Positions 1 to 10,555 of a DNA stretch of 44,382 bases are shown in pieces. This DNA comes from Chrysochromulina tobinii (taxonomy: Eukaryota): assembly GCA_001275005.1 (NCBI GenBank), contig JWZX01003360.1, positions 1 through 44,382 on the forward strand, written 5' to 3'. The stretch's first letter is position 1; each line of letters begins with the position of its first letter. Below the pieces are notes generated by a model. It saw nothing but the letters and a program-made list of their open reading frames with translations. It had not been told where the DNA came from and did not search any database. Position numbers and translations under genes: made by a program.

Positions 1-839
1 CAATGATAGCATCAAGATATATGATGATATATAATGATATCTTGTATCGAAAATTCCCTTTTCTTGTATCGAAAACTCCCCCAATCCCCGCTGCCCAAGG
101 ATTATACCCACCACTTTGGGAACTATGATGCGAAGTTTATGAGCTTCTGGGAGGCAATCCGCTGCCCAAGGATTACACCCCCCACCTTGGGAACTATGTT
201 CCCTCGCATGCCCTGTTCGTTTGAAGTCAGCGATTGAGTGAGCACTGCATGTCAAGAACAAGTGATGGCTTGATGGGCGTGCAAGGCTCCGGATTCGTTC
301 GCGGTTGGTCTTTTGATTGTCCATAGCGGGAGGGAGCAACTAAGCCCCCACACAGCATATTCAAGAAGATGTACTTGCTCTTGCATCCTCGTGAAGTAAA
401 TAAGTACTCGTCGTTCAGGCCGTGCCCCAGCCTGGGCTGTGCGTGATGGTGACGTCCGCCGAGACGTCTTCTACCGTTCCCAATCTGCGAGACGATTTAG
501 GGCATAGTGTAGGCGGGATGTGGCACACAAGAGGCTCTGGAAGAGGTGGCGGTGGACGCGCAGCGCCCGGCCGGCGGCCGCCCCGCGCAGCAGAGCGGTC
601 CGTGCTTAATATGTTAGGTGCGTTGTAGGTCTGCATGAACCTTTTGCCAATGCCTTTTGCTGCTCCTCTGTCGACTCACACCTCTGTCCGGGAGGGACGT
701 GACCTCAGACCTGGGCAGGACCGCGCACCAGCAGCCCTAATCGCTCCAAAAACTTATCTACGTCCCTAGAATCGAACTAGAATCGTGTATAAACAGCGTC
801 AAACGTCAAGACGATTCTATCATTCACACGTGTGTGCGC

Positions 840-1489
840 TCACGCGCGGCGGCGCCTCCGGTCGATGTACTCCTCGAGCCACTTGCCCGTTAAGTGGAAG
901 CACTCGCGCGACACGTAGTCCTGCAGCGTGGCGGAGGCGGAGTACATCGAGATGAGGAAGAGCAGGAAGAGGAAGAAGTAGAGCATCTGCAGCTGCATGA
1001 AGTGCTTGAGGCGTGTTGAGAGCGGCAGCTGCCCGGCGCGCGCAAGCTTGCGATGACGCAAGTTGTCGCTTGGGTGGCCTAGGCACCAGAGCATGTGGAA
1101 GGGGATAATGAAGAGCGCGAGCGTGAGCGCAATCACGTCATCCCACTGCGCATTGATGAACTCGGAGAGCGCCATTGTGGTCACTCCGTACCTGAGTAGG
1201 GAGGCGATCAGTGGTCATCAGAGGGCTACAGAGGGCAGGCCATCGGAGGCAATCAGAGGCCATCAGAGGTCATCAGAGACCACACGGAGGGCGTCGACGT
1301 GGGCACTGCGTACAGCAGAAGGATCGAGAACGCGTTGATCGGCAGCGTGTACAAGAAGATGATCACGTTGGCGTAGAGCACGCGGGACAGCGCCGGCGGA
1401 CCGCGCGGCGGCGGCTTTCGTGTACTGGCGCCCCCGCGGAGGCTCTCCTCATCGTCCTCGTCCTCGTCCTCGTCCAAATCCATCTCCAA

Positions 1490-1521
<32 letters not shown>

Positions 1522-2850
1522 GGGAAAGCTGTCGGCCCACGGCGACCTTGCCGGCGACCTTGCCGGCGACCTTGGGCTTCTTCCCCTTCGCTTTCTTGGG
1601 CTTCTTGCCTTTTTTGGTCGTCGGCTCGGTGATCGGCTGCATCTCCTCGCCATCTCCCGAGTCGAGCCCAAGCAGCTTCGCCTCCGACGGCGGCTGCAGA
1701 TTGAACGCCTCGACGAGAGAGAGTGCGAAGATGAGAAAGATGAAGCCCTGGGTGGAGAAGTACACGGTGAGCACCCAGCTCGCGCCGACGTTGTAGCCGT
1801 AGATGGCGGCACCGACTAAGAAGAAGCTGACGCACAGCTCGCGCGGGAACACGTCGAGCTTCTTCATGATCTTCTCGAGGTCGCAAAAATTCTCCTCGCG
1901 CTTGCCTAGCTTCTGCGTCACCGTCCAGACCATGGCGCCTTTGAGGCCGAGGAGCCCCTCGAGTGATGCGCCTAGCTTGAGGATCGACATCGCGTTCTCG
2001 TACATGACGTACCTGACGAGGGGGGGCATCAGAGGATCATCAGAGGGCCATTAGAGGCTCATCAGAGGCTCATCAGTGGCCATCAGAGGCCATCATGGCT
2101 CATCAGTGGCCATCAGTGGCCATCAGAGGCCATCAGAGGCTCATCAGAGGCCATCAGTGGCCATCAGAGGCCATCATGGCTCATCAGTGGCCATCAGTGG
2201 CCATCAGAGGCCATCAGAGGCTCATCAGAGGCCATCAGTGGCCATCAGAGGCCATCATGGCTCATCAGTGACCGACGTACAGGATCATGTAGTGGAATGA
2301 GCCAGGCGAGAAGGCCATGGTCGTCATGGTCACGAGCATGGGCAGCCACACGATCGCCCACCAGGGCATGAAACGATGGTGCACAGCGCTCTCCGGGTCT
2401 TCGGTCGCGTACACAAGCAAGATCATCGGAACCAGCACGGAATAGAAGGTGAACGAGATCACATTGGTCGCGAGCATGCGCACCTGATGAGGAGGGCCAT
2501 CAGCGGTCAGAGGGCCATCAGAGGGCCATCAGAGGGCCATCAGAGGGCCATCAGAGGGCCATCAGAGGGCCATCAGAGGGCCATCAGCGAGTACTCAGTG
2601 AGCATGCGCACCCCGAAGAAGAGATGTAATCAGAGGCTGACAGAGAGTGCTCAGTGAGTACTCAGTGAGCATGCGCACCCCGAAGAAGAAGATGTTGAGA
2701 TAGGCCTTGTGCAGCGGCGGCAGCGTGGACTCCGACACTGACTGTCGCGCGGCTGCCCACAGCTGCATCGGGCCGCACGACCAGCGCCGCTGCTGCTTGC
2801 GGTACGCGCCGTAGTCGGACGGGATCTCGTTGGGGCAGATCATGTCATAC
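840..2850 (-). CDS. C-terminal half of a cellulose-synthase-like (CslA/CslC-type) GT2 glycan synthase with extra C-terminal TM extension; exons approx. 2850-2679, 2483-2281, 2012-1314, 1191-840; 5' part absent
   Basis: Spliced translation NEIPSDYGAYRKQQRRWSCGPMQLW (QxxRW), FFFGVRMLATNVISFTFYSVLVP, MPWWAIVWLP, YENAMS, WTVTQKLG follows plant CslA/CslC motif order; GT-AG boundaries keep frame. Upstream D, DxD and ED catalytic motifs are not seen in the window. Confidence 0.85.
2013..2280 (-). repeat. Intron filled with about 10-nt tandem repeats (CTGATGGCCT/CTGATGGCCA on the sense strand); representative of many similar arrays across 1192-8536
   Basis: Plus strand shows (catcagaggc/catcagtggc)n; intron starts GTACGTC, which duplicates the start of the next exon. 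Confidence 0.9.
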
Positions 2851-3128
2851 CTGCAATCAGAGACCATCAGAGGCACTCAGCGACCATCAGAGAGGTCATC
2901 ATGGAGGCCATCAGAGAGGTCATCAGGAGGCCATCAGGAGGTCATCAGGGAGGTCATCAGGAGGCCATCAGGAGGTCATCAGGGAGGCCATCAAGGAGGC
3001 CATCAGGAGGTCATCAGGAGGTCATCAGGAGGCTATCAGGAGGTTATCAGGGAGGCCATCAGGGAGGTCATCAGGGAGGTCATCAGGGAGGCAGTCAGGG
3101 AGGTCATCAGGAGGCCATCAGCCTGTAC

Positions 3129-6100
3129 CTCCGGTGAGTCGTAGTGCTTCTGAGCAGCCTTGATGAGGGTTTCAATCCCCCCCGCGTTCCCCATATCGAG
3201 AGCCAGCTCCTCGCATAAGCAACAGTCGCGCACCGAGGCCGCGTACTGCACCTGCACGGCGAGTGAGTCCAGATTCCCGATGAGGGAGGCAATCAGAGGC
3301 AATCAGTGGCAATCAGGGCAATGACGTCATCACCTGCACGGCGAGTGAGTCCAGATTCCCGATGAGGGAGGCAATCAGAGGCAATCAGTGGCAATCAGGG
3401 CAATGACGTCATCACCTGCACGGCGAGTGAGTCCAGGTTCCCTTTTGCGAGCGAAACCACCCTCTCGATCCCGCCCGCAGCTTTGACCGCCCTGAGCAAC
3501 GACGCGTCGTCCGTCGCCCCACTCGCAAGTTTCGTCGCGAGATCTCCGAGCACCTGCCGCCAAGGGGACATGGCGCCGAGGTGAGCACTTGCATGCTTGT
3601 CGCAAGTTTCGTCGCGAGATCTCCGAGCACCTGCCGCCAGGGGACATGGCGCCGAGGTGAGCACTTGCATGCTTGTCGCAAGTTTCGTCGCGAGATCTCC
3701 GAGCACCTGCCGCCAAGGGGGGTGACAGTGTGTGTGATGGACACACGACACACAGAGGACCAGTGTCGTCACGAGATTTGTCACGAGATCTCCGCGCACC
3801 TTGGTGGCGCGTGCCTCCGCCTCGGAGGGCCCCGAGTTGATCGCCACCTGTGGGGAAGGGGACATGGCGCCGTGGTGAGCACCTGCATGCTTGTCGAGGG
3901 CCCCGAGTTGATCGCCACCTGTATCGCGGCCGCGGCCACAATCTAAAGGGAGCAATCTCGGATCAATCTCGGATCAATCTCGGAGCAATCTCCGCGCCCA
4001 CAATCTGCTGCTCAACGGCCGCTGTCTTGTGATGAGGGAGGCAATCAGTGGCAATCAGTGGCAATCAGTGGCAATCAGTGGCAATCAGCGCCATCACCTG
4101 TATCGCGGCCGCGGCCACTATCTGCTGCTCAACGGCCGCTGTCTTGGCCTCCATGGCGACGACAGCGGCCTCGTGCATCACCACGGCCGCCTCCTGTTGC
4201 GAGACCGCTCCTGCTGCAAGGGCGGCTTGCATCTCCTTCGCTTTGGCCGCCGCCGCCGCCGCACCCGCCGCCGCCGCCGCCGCGCCCGCCACGGCGCGCT
4301 CCTTGGATGCCGCGGCCTCGATGGCGGCCGCCTCGGCCGCCGCCTTGGCCGCCTCCTCTGCAGCTCGCCTGATGAAGGGAGCAATCAAGAGGTCATCAGA
4401 GGTCATCAGAGCTCATCAGAGGTCATCAGTGGCCGCCTCCACTGCAGCTCGCCTGATGAAGGGAGCAATCAAGAGGTCATCAGAGGTCATCAGAGGTCAT
4501 CAGAGGTCATCAGTGGCCGCCTCCACTGCAGCTCGCCTGATGAAGGGAGCAATCGTGCACGCTGCAGCAGGCGCCATCGCGAGCGCCATCGGCGCAATCA
4601 CGAATCGCGAGCGCCGTCGCGAGCGCCATCGGCGATGGCCAACAGAAAGGTCGCCCAACGCAATCACAGGAGGACACGGCATTCACAGGAAGGCCATCGC
4701 TGCTGCTGCGTGGCCATCCTTTGGCAGCGGGCCACGCAGCAGCAGCAGCAGCAGCAGCAGGAGAGGCGCCGTCGTGAGCAGCAGCAGCAGCAGCAGCAGC
4801 AGCACACACCTCTCCTCCTGCTCACGACGGCGCCTCTCCTCCTCCTCCTTCTTGCGCGCCTCTTCCATGTGCCTCGCATACGCCTTCTCCGCCTTCTCCT
4901 TGCTTGCATGCTGCTCCTTCCTAATTTGGGGGAGCAGCGCCTCGTAACGGCGCCGATGTAACCACATCGCGACCGTCTTCTCCATCATGGGTTTGGCCCT
5001 GATGAGGGATGTCATCAGAGCTCATCAGCGGGCCATCAGCGGGTCATCCGAGGTCATCCGAGGTCATCCGAGGCACTCACCGGCGCTTGGCCTCAAAGAG
5101 GGCGAACATCTCCATCAGCTTGGGCTTCATCTCCTCGGGATCTGCCTCGGCGAGCTCCTCGAGGAAGGCAGCTGCCCCCATCTTGAAGAACATGCGCGTC
5201 GTGCCGAGCGAGTACTCGTCCTTGTTCACACCGCACGCCTCCGCGATCGCCTCACAGAACTCGGCTGGAGTGAGGGACTTCATGTCGACACCGGGCACGT
5301 CCGAGAGCAGCTTCGCATACCTGTGGGGAGAGCATGGCGCCGTGGTGAGCATATGCATGCAGCGTCGATCCCGAGGAGGGTCCCGAAAGCCGTTGGGCAT
5401 AGCCGAGAGGATGGCGCCGTGGTGAGCATATGCATGCAGCGTCGGTCCCGAGAGCCGTTAGGCATAGCCGTTGGGCAAAGCCGTTGGGCATAGCCGTTGG
5501 GCATAGCCGTTGGGCATAGCCGTTGGGCATAGCCGTTGGGCAAAGCCGTTTGGCATAGCCGTTGGGCATAGCCGTTGGGCATCGCCGCTCGTAAGGAAAG
5601 CGTACCGTGAGTGGACTGCCTCGTAAGGAATGCGTGTCGGGTATCCGCCCTGGATCAATCGCACCGCGTCGAGCGTCCCGCTCATGCGCAGCTGGTCGAT
5701 CACCGACTAAGGAGGCATGCAACCAGCGACCATCAGTGGCAACCAGTGGCCATCAGTGACCATCAGTGACCATCATAGGCCATCAGTGACAATCAGAGGC
5801 CATCGGAGGCCATCAGAAGCCTGTTGGTGCATTCGGAGGCACTCTAAGCCCCATCAGGCGCGATCACCTAATGAGGGAGGCAATCAAGAGATCCTCAGAG
5901 GCACTCCGAGTCCCAACAGGCGCGCTCACCTCTCCGTTCATAAGCAGAGGCTTCAGTTGGGGATTCGACTTGATGCAGCGCACAAACCACGCCTGCGACG
6001 ACTGCAGCTCGGTCATCAGGTCGCGAAGCGACTTGACAAACTTGTTCGCCGACGGACGCAAACGAGGACTGTGCCTTCTGCTTGCCACCGCCACCTTCCT

Positions 6101-9100
6101 TTTCGGGCTCGGGCTTGCACAGGTCTCGTACCTGTGGGGAAATAGCGCCGTGGTGAGCACTGGAGGCACCCTCCTTGTCGGGGTTCGAGGGTGCACAGGC
6201 TGCGTACGATAGGCTTGTTGGATTCGAGTAGGTGCGCCTCGACCTCTTTGGCGAGAGAGTCATTGTTCTTCTCGAGGAAGCCTGAGAAGGGAGGTCATCA
6301 GAGGTCATCAGAGGTCATCAGAGGTCATCAGAGGTCATCAGAGATAATCAGAGGTCATCAGAGGTCATCAGAGGTCATCAGAGGAAGCCTGAGGAGGCAT
6401 GCGCTTTGTGACGCTCGATGGCAATCAATTCAACGTACCCGATGTTGATTGCCATCGGGTACGAGGAGCAATCAACTCAACGTACCCGATTGCAATCAAC
6501 TCAAATCAAATCAACGTACCCGGCTCCTTCTCATCGCCCGCAAAGTAGATGACTTCGCCCGCGAAGTGCTTGACGAGAAAGTGGTCCTCCTTCCCGCGCT
6601 TCTCCGCCTTGCCCATCTTAGGAGCACCGAAGACCGCTGCGGACTTCTTACCGTGTGCCTCGTGCAGGCCAGAGCAAAAGGCCTTACCGGTAGCATTGGG
6701 TGCCTTGCAGGCGGAATCGAGCAGCTTGAAGATGCCACCCGTGGCGTTCTCGCACAGGTCGATGATCTGCTTGTTGTCGAACGCACGTGATTGTTGTTGT
6801 CAGTGGCAATCAGTGGCAATCAGTGGCAATCAGTGGCAATCAGTGGCAATCAGTGGCAGTCAGTGGCAATCAACGTACCTGCTTGTTGTCCTGGTATGCG
6901 ATTGGCGTCCATGCGATGCCCTGTGTGCCGACGAGAGGCGATCAAAGGCGATCAGAGGCGATCAGGGGCGATCAGAGGCGATCAGAGGCGATCAGAACCA
7001 CTCGCACCTCCTCCTTGTACGCCTTGCCTTCGTTCTCAAAGACGGTCGAGAGGAAGAATTGCTGAAGCTTCTCGTTCGCAAAGTTGATGCACAGCTGCTC
7101 GAACGAGTTCACTTCGAAGAACTCGAAGCCGTATCTGTGGGGAAGAGGGCGGGCGCCGGGATGAGCTCTTGCATGCAGCGAACGAGTTCACTTCGAAGAA
7201 CTCGAAGCCGTACACGTCGAGCAGCCCGATGTAGTGCTTGGCACGCTTGACGTCATCGACAGTCTGGTTGATGCGCACCACGAGCCACGAGAAGAGGCGC
7301 GCGTACCTAATTAGGGAGGGGTCGGGCGCCGTGGTGAGCACTTGCATGCCGCGGTCCGCCTTGAGTCCGCCGAGCCACAAAGAGGCGCGCGTACATGATC
7401 TTGACGAGCGCGTCGCGTGCGGCGCATGCATTGGGTACCTGATGAGGGTGGCCATCAGAGGTCACTCATTGGAGGTCCTCAGAGGTCCTCCGAGGCAATC
7501 GGAGGCAATCAAGAGGCGATCGGAGGTCATTCGAGGTCATTTAAGGTCATCCGAGCTCATTTGAGGTCATCCAAGGTCACTGGATGCCATCAGATGTCCA
7601 TCAGATGTCCATCAGAGGTCCTCAGAGGTCATTTGAGGTCATTTGAGGTCATCCAAGGTCACTGGAGGCCATCGGAGGTCCTTCGAGGCACTCAGTGTCC
7701 CTTGCACCGAGTGCTTCGCAAAGGTAACCTCGCCGTTGACGGTGATCGCTCGTGTGGTCAGGAGCTTCTCCATGTCACCCACGCCCAGGAGTTTCTCCGC
7801 GACACGGATTGGGTCATCGGCTCCTTTGGCGTTGACGGTCGCCGTGTCGGCAGTGCCGAAGTCTATGTTGCCCAGCCACATCATACCCGCGAGGCCGGCC
7901 CACCTGATGAAGGATGAAGTTAGAGGCGCTCAGAGGCGCTCAGAGGCAATGGCATGCATGCATGCAATCATGGCCATCGGGCGCAATTCTACCCACATTG
8001 GCATGCATGCAATCATGGCCATCGGGCGCAATCCTACCCATATTGGCATGCATGCAATCATGGCCATCGGGCACAATCCTGCCTACATTTGATCGGCTTC
8101 GTCGGCCGACAGCCCAACGCCCGACAGCAGCGCCGAGGCCGTGTTTCGGTACTCATCTGCGTCGTCGCGCCCAGGGGAGGGAGGGAGGGCGCCGTGGTGA
8201 GCACTTGCATGCAAAGCAGGTCCTCAGTGTCAATCAGTGTCAATCAGTGTCAATCAGTGTCAATCAGTGGCAATCAACGTACCTGCGTCGTTGCGCCCAG
8301 GGCAATCCATCGTGCCCGACAGGTTGATGTAGTAGAAGCTCTCGGGTGGGAGCGCTTTCGTGTGCTTCGTCTTACCCGCGACGAGCTCGTACCTGAGGAG
8401 GGAGGCCATCATAGGTCATCATAGGTCATCAGGGGCCATCATAGGCCATCAGAGGTCATCAGAGGCCATCAGAGGCCATCAGAGGCCATCAGAGGCCATC
8501 AGAGGCAATGGTGGTTCCTCAGCGCCTCCCTCGTACATGACGTGATACGCGCGCTCCTTGGCCTTGGAGGTGGAGGTGACGCGTGAGCGCTCGAGCAAGA
8601 AGACGCGCACCTGTGCGCCCACCACGTCGCACGTGTCCCCGAAACGCACCAAGCAGTACCTACCGAATCGCGACGAGTTGTTGTTGCGCGTCGTCTTGGC
8701 GTTCCCGAACGCCTCGAGGATAGGGTTGGTGTCCATAATCTTCTGGGTGAGAGTGTCCTCAGCGTTCGTCTTGTCGCGGTTGCCGCGCCAGATCAAGTAG
8801 CGCATCAGCTGCCGGTTCGTCTCCGTCTTGCCCGCGCCCGACTCGCCCGAGACGACGATGCATTGGTTGTTCCGCTGCTTCTTCATCGCGGCGTACGACT
8901 GCTCGGCCATTGCAAACTTGTGCGGCCCGCAGCCCGCATTGTAGAGCTTCTTGTTGATGCACTGCAGCATCATAGCCTCGTCGTAGATGCCCGGGATGCG
9001 CCGGAACGGGTTGACGACCACGAGGATGGAGCCTACGAGCGTGTGGATCTTGTCCTCCATGTAGCGCGCGCGCGTGTTCTCGAGCAGCGTCGGCGGTGAG

Positions 9101-9339
9101 AGGAACATGAGCTGGCAGTGGTCGGGCACGTTCTCGCCTGGATGCGGCTGGTGGCACTCTTCGAACGGCAGCACGAGCTCCTGCGTCTTCTCGCCGTTCG
9201 ACGTGACCACTGTCACCTGCTGCTTCTCGTCGATCGACTGCACCTCCGCCTTGCCGTAGAGATCCGTGCCGTAGATGGCCTTATCCTTGACCCACACCTG
9301 TACGCCTGGCCCGATTCCCTTCTTCTTCTTCGGCGCCAT
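3129..9339 (-). CDS. Myosin heavy chain (motor, IQ-like, coiled coil, ARM-like tail), about 18 exons: 9339-8537, 8392-8283, 8156-8087, 7903-7708, 7438-7395, 7306-7214, 7134-7008, 6920-6879, 6766-6520, 6281-6208, 6131-5930, 5706-5606, 5320-5081, 4998-4810, 4368-4098, 3847-3800, 3553-3416, 3251-3129; no stop codon found; apparent 1-nt frameshift near 6050
   Basis: [10 protein letters not shown]-loop, [85 protein letters not shown], all recovered in order by GT-AG splicing; tail [11 protein letters not shown] and [12 protein letters not shown] resemble ARM repeats. Confidence 0.93.
5453..5582. repeat. 13-bp tandem repeat (gccgttgggcata)n inside a myosin intron
   Basis: About 10 near-identical units read directly. 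Confidence 0.9.
7950..8090. repeat. About 45-bp tandem repeat x3 inside a myosin intron
   Basis: ggcatgcatgcaatcatggccatcgggcgcaatcctacccacatt-like unit repeated three times. Confidence 0.85.
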
Positions 9340-9619
9340 GGCCGCCGGCCCAGGCCTTCGCAAGGCGAGGGCTGCTCGGCCCAAAGACTACTTTGAGTCG
9401 GAAACTTGGCAAATCACACTTCGCGCATGGAAACCCTAGCAAGGGGGTCGCATCGCATGAACTCGCACCGAAACAGCGCCTTGTTTGTCGCGCAACCGAG
9501 CGCTCGTGAAGTTGGAGTATGCGCCTCGATTTGCGAGCAGGGCTGCACCCGCGCGTGCGTCCTACTCGTCTCGCCGCTCGACTCTCGCCTGTCTCTGCTC
9601 CGCAGCCACCGCGCACACC
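9340..9619. promoter_or_regulatory. Short divergent intergenic region shared by myosin and VTA1 (probable bidirectional promoter)
   Basis: Head-to-head ATGs 280 bp apart; no specific motif identified. Confidence 0.4.
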
Positions 9620-10555
9620 ATGGCAGCCGCCCCCCCTCAGTCGCTGAGAGGGAAGATCGTCGCGTACCTGAACCAGGCCAAGGAGCGGTCGGACGCGGGA
9701 GAAGCGCTGATTGCGTACTACTGCAAGGTCCACGCGCTCTCGGAGGCGATGGCCGTGCGCTCCCAGATCCCCAAGGCGGACATGGGCTACGTGATCGGGC
9801 TCATGGACCAGGTCGAGGCGGAGAAGAAGCGGGTGGGCAACCTCGATGACGCGCAGATGCTGATCGAGATGAAGGCGAGCGAGCTCTTCGACCGCGCCGA
9901 CACTGCCGACCGCGCCACGCCGACCGTGCCCAGGCTGCAGACCGCCAAGGACTTTTACGCGGCTGCGACGCTGTTCGAGGTGTGCAAAGAGTTTGGGGAG
10001 CTACCGGACGACTTATCGGAGAAGGTGAAATATGGCAAGTGGCGGTACATCGAGATCTGCAAGGCCGCGAAGGAGAAGCGCGCGCCCGAGCCGCCGCGCG
10101 GCCTCGATCTTGGCGAGGACGGTGCCGATGGCGGCGCGCCAGAGGGCGACCCGCCGCCGGCCGCGACATCGTCGTCCGCCCAGTACGACGCGCCTGGCCA
10201 CTCGGCAGGGGCTGCGTACTACGATGGGGGCGCGTCGTACCTCGACCTTCCGTCCGCGGCGCCCGCGCCCGCGCACGCGCAGCCTTCTACGGCGGCGGGT
10301 TTTAGCTCGAGCTCCTTTCAAGCTCCGGCACCTCCTTCACACGCGCCGCCCGTCAGAGGCCCCTCGTTCACACCGCCTTCACACCCGGGGTTCAAGCCTG
10401 ACCGGAACGCGATCGTGGAGGCCGCCGGCCTCGCCAAGTCGGCGGTCTCGAGTCTCCAGTTCCAGAATATCGACACTGCGGTTGCGAACCTGCAAAAGGC
10501 GATCACGCTCCTCACGATGCCGCAGGCGCCGACGGACGACGACGCGACGCCTTGA
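9620..10555 (+). CDS. VTA1: Vta1/LIP5 ESCRT-associated Vps4 regulator
   Basis: N-terminal MIT-like IAYYCKVHAL and FYAAATLFEV..FGEL..KVKYGKW; Pro-rich linker; C-terminal VSL AKSAVSSLQFQNIDTAVANLQKAITLL; intronless. Confidence 0.9.
   Translation: MAAAPPQSLRGKIVAYLNQAKERSDAGEALIAYYCKVHALSEAMAVRSQIPKADMGYVIGLMDQVEAEKKRVGNLDDAQMLIEMKASELFDRADTADRATPTVPRLQTAKDFYAAATLFEVCKEFGELPDDLSEKVKYGKWRYIEICKAAKEKRAPEPPRGLDLGEDGADGGAPEGDPPPAATSSSAQYDAPGHSAGAAYYDGGASYLDLPSAAPAPAHAQPSTAAGFSSSSFQAPAPPSHAPPVRGPSFTPPSHPGFKPDRNAIVEAAGLAKSAVSSLQFQNIDTAVANLQKAITLLTMPQAPTDDDATP

Noticed and set aside
4700..4803. CAG triplet runs as a polyglutamine coding tract
   Set aside because: They lie in a predicted myosin intron and on the non-coding strand
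6132..6165. Faint resemblance of the branch module (GTGCTCACCACGGCG..ATTTCCCCA) to part of vertebrate U1 snRNA as I recall it
   Set aside because: Short, gapped, from memory and cross-kingdom; cannot be supported without the organism's own U1 sequence
2076..8545. Many ORFs with [10 protein letters not shown] / SSEVIRGHQ repeats
   Set aside because: Translations of intronic 10-mer arrays on the non-coding strand
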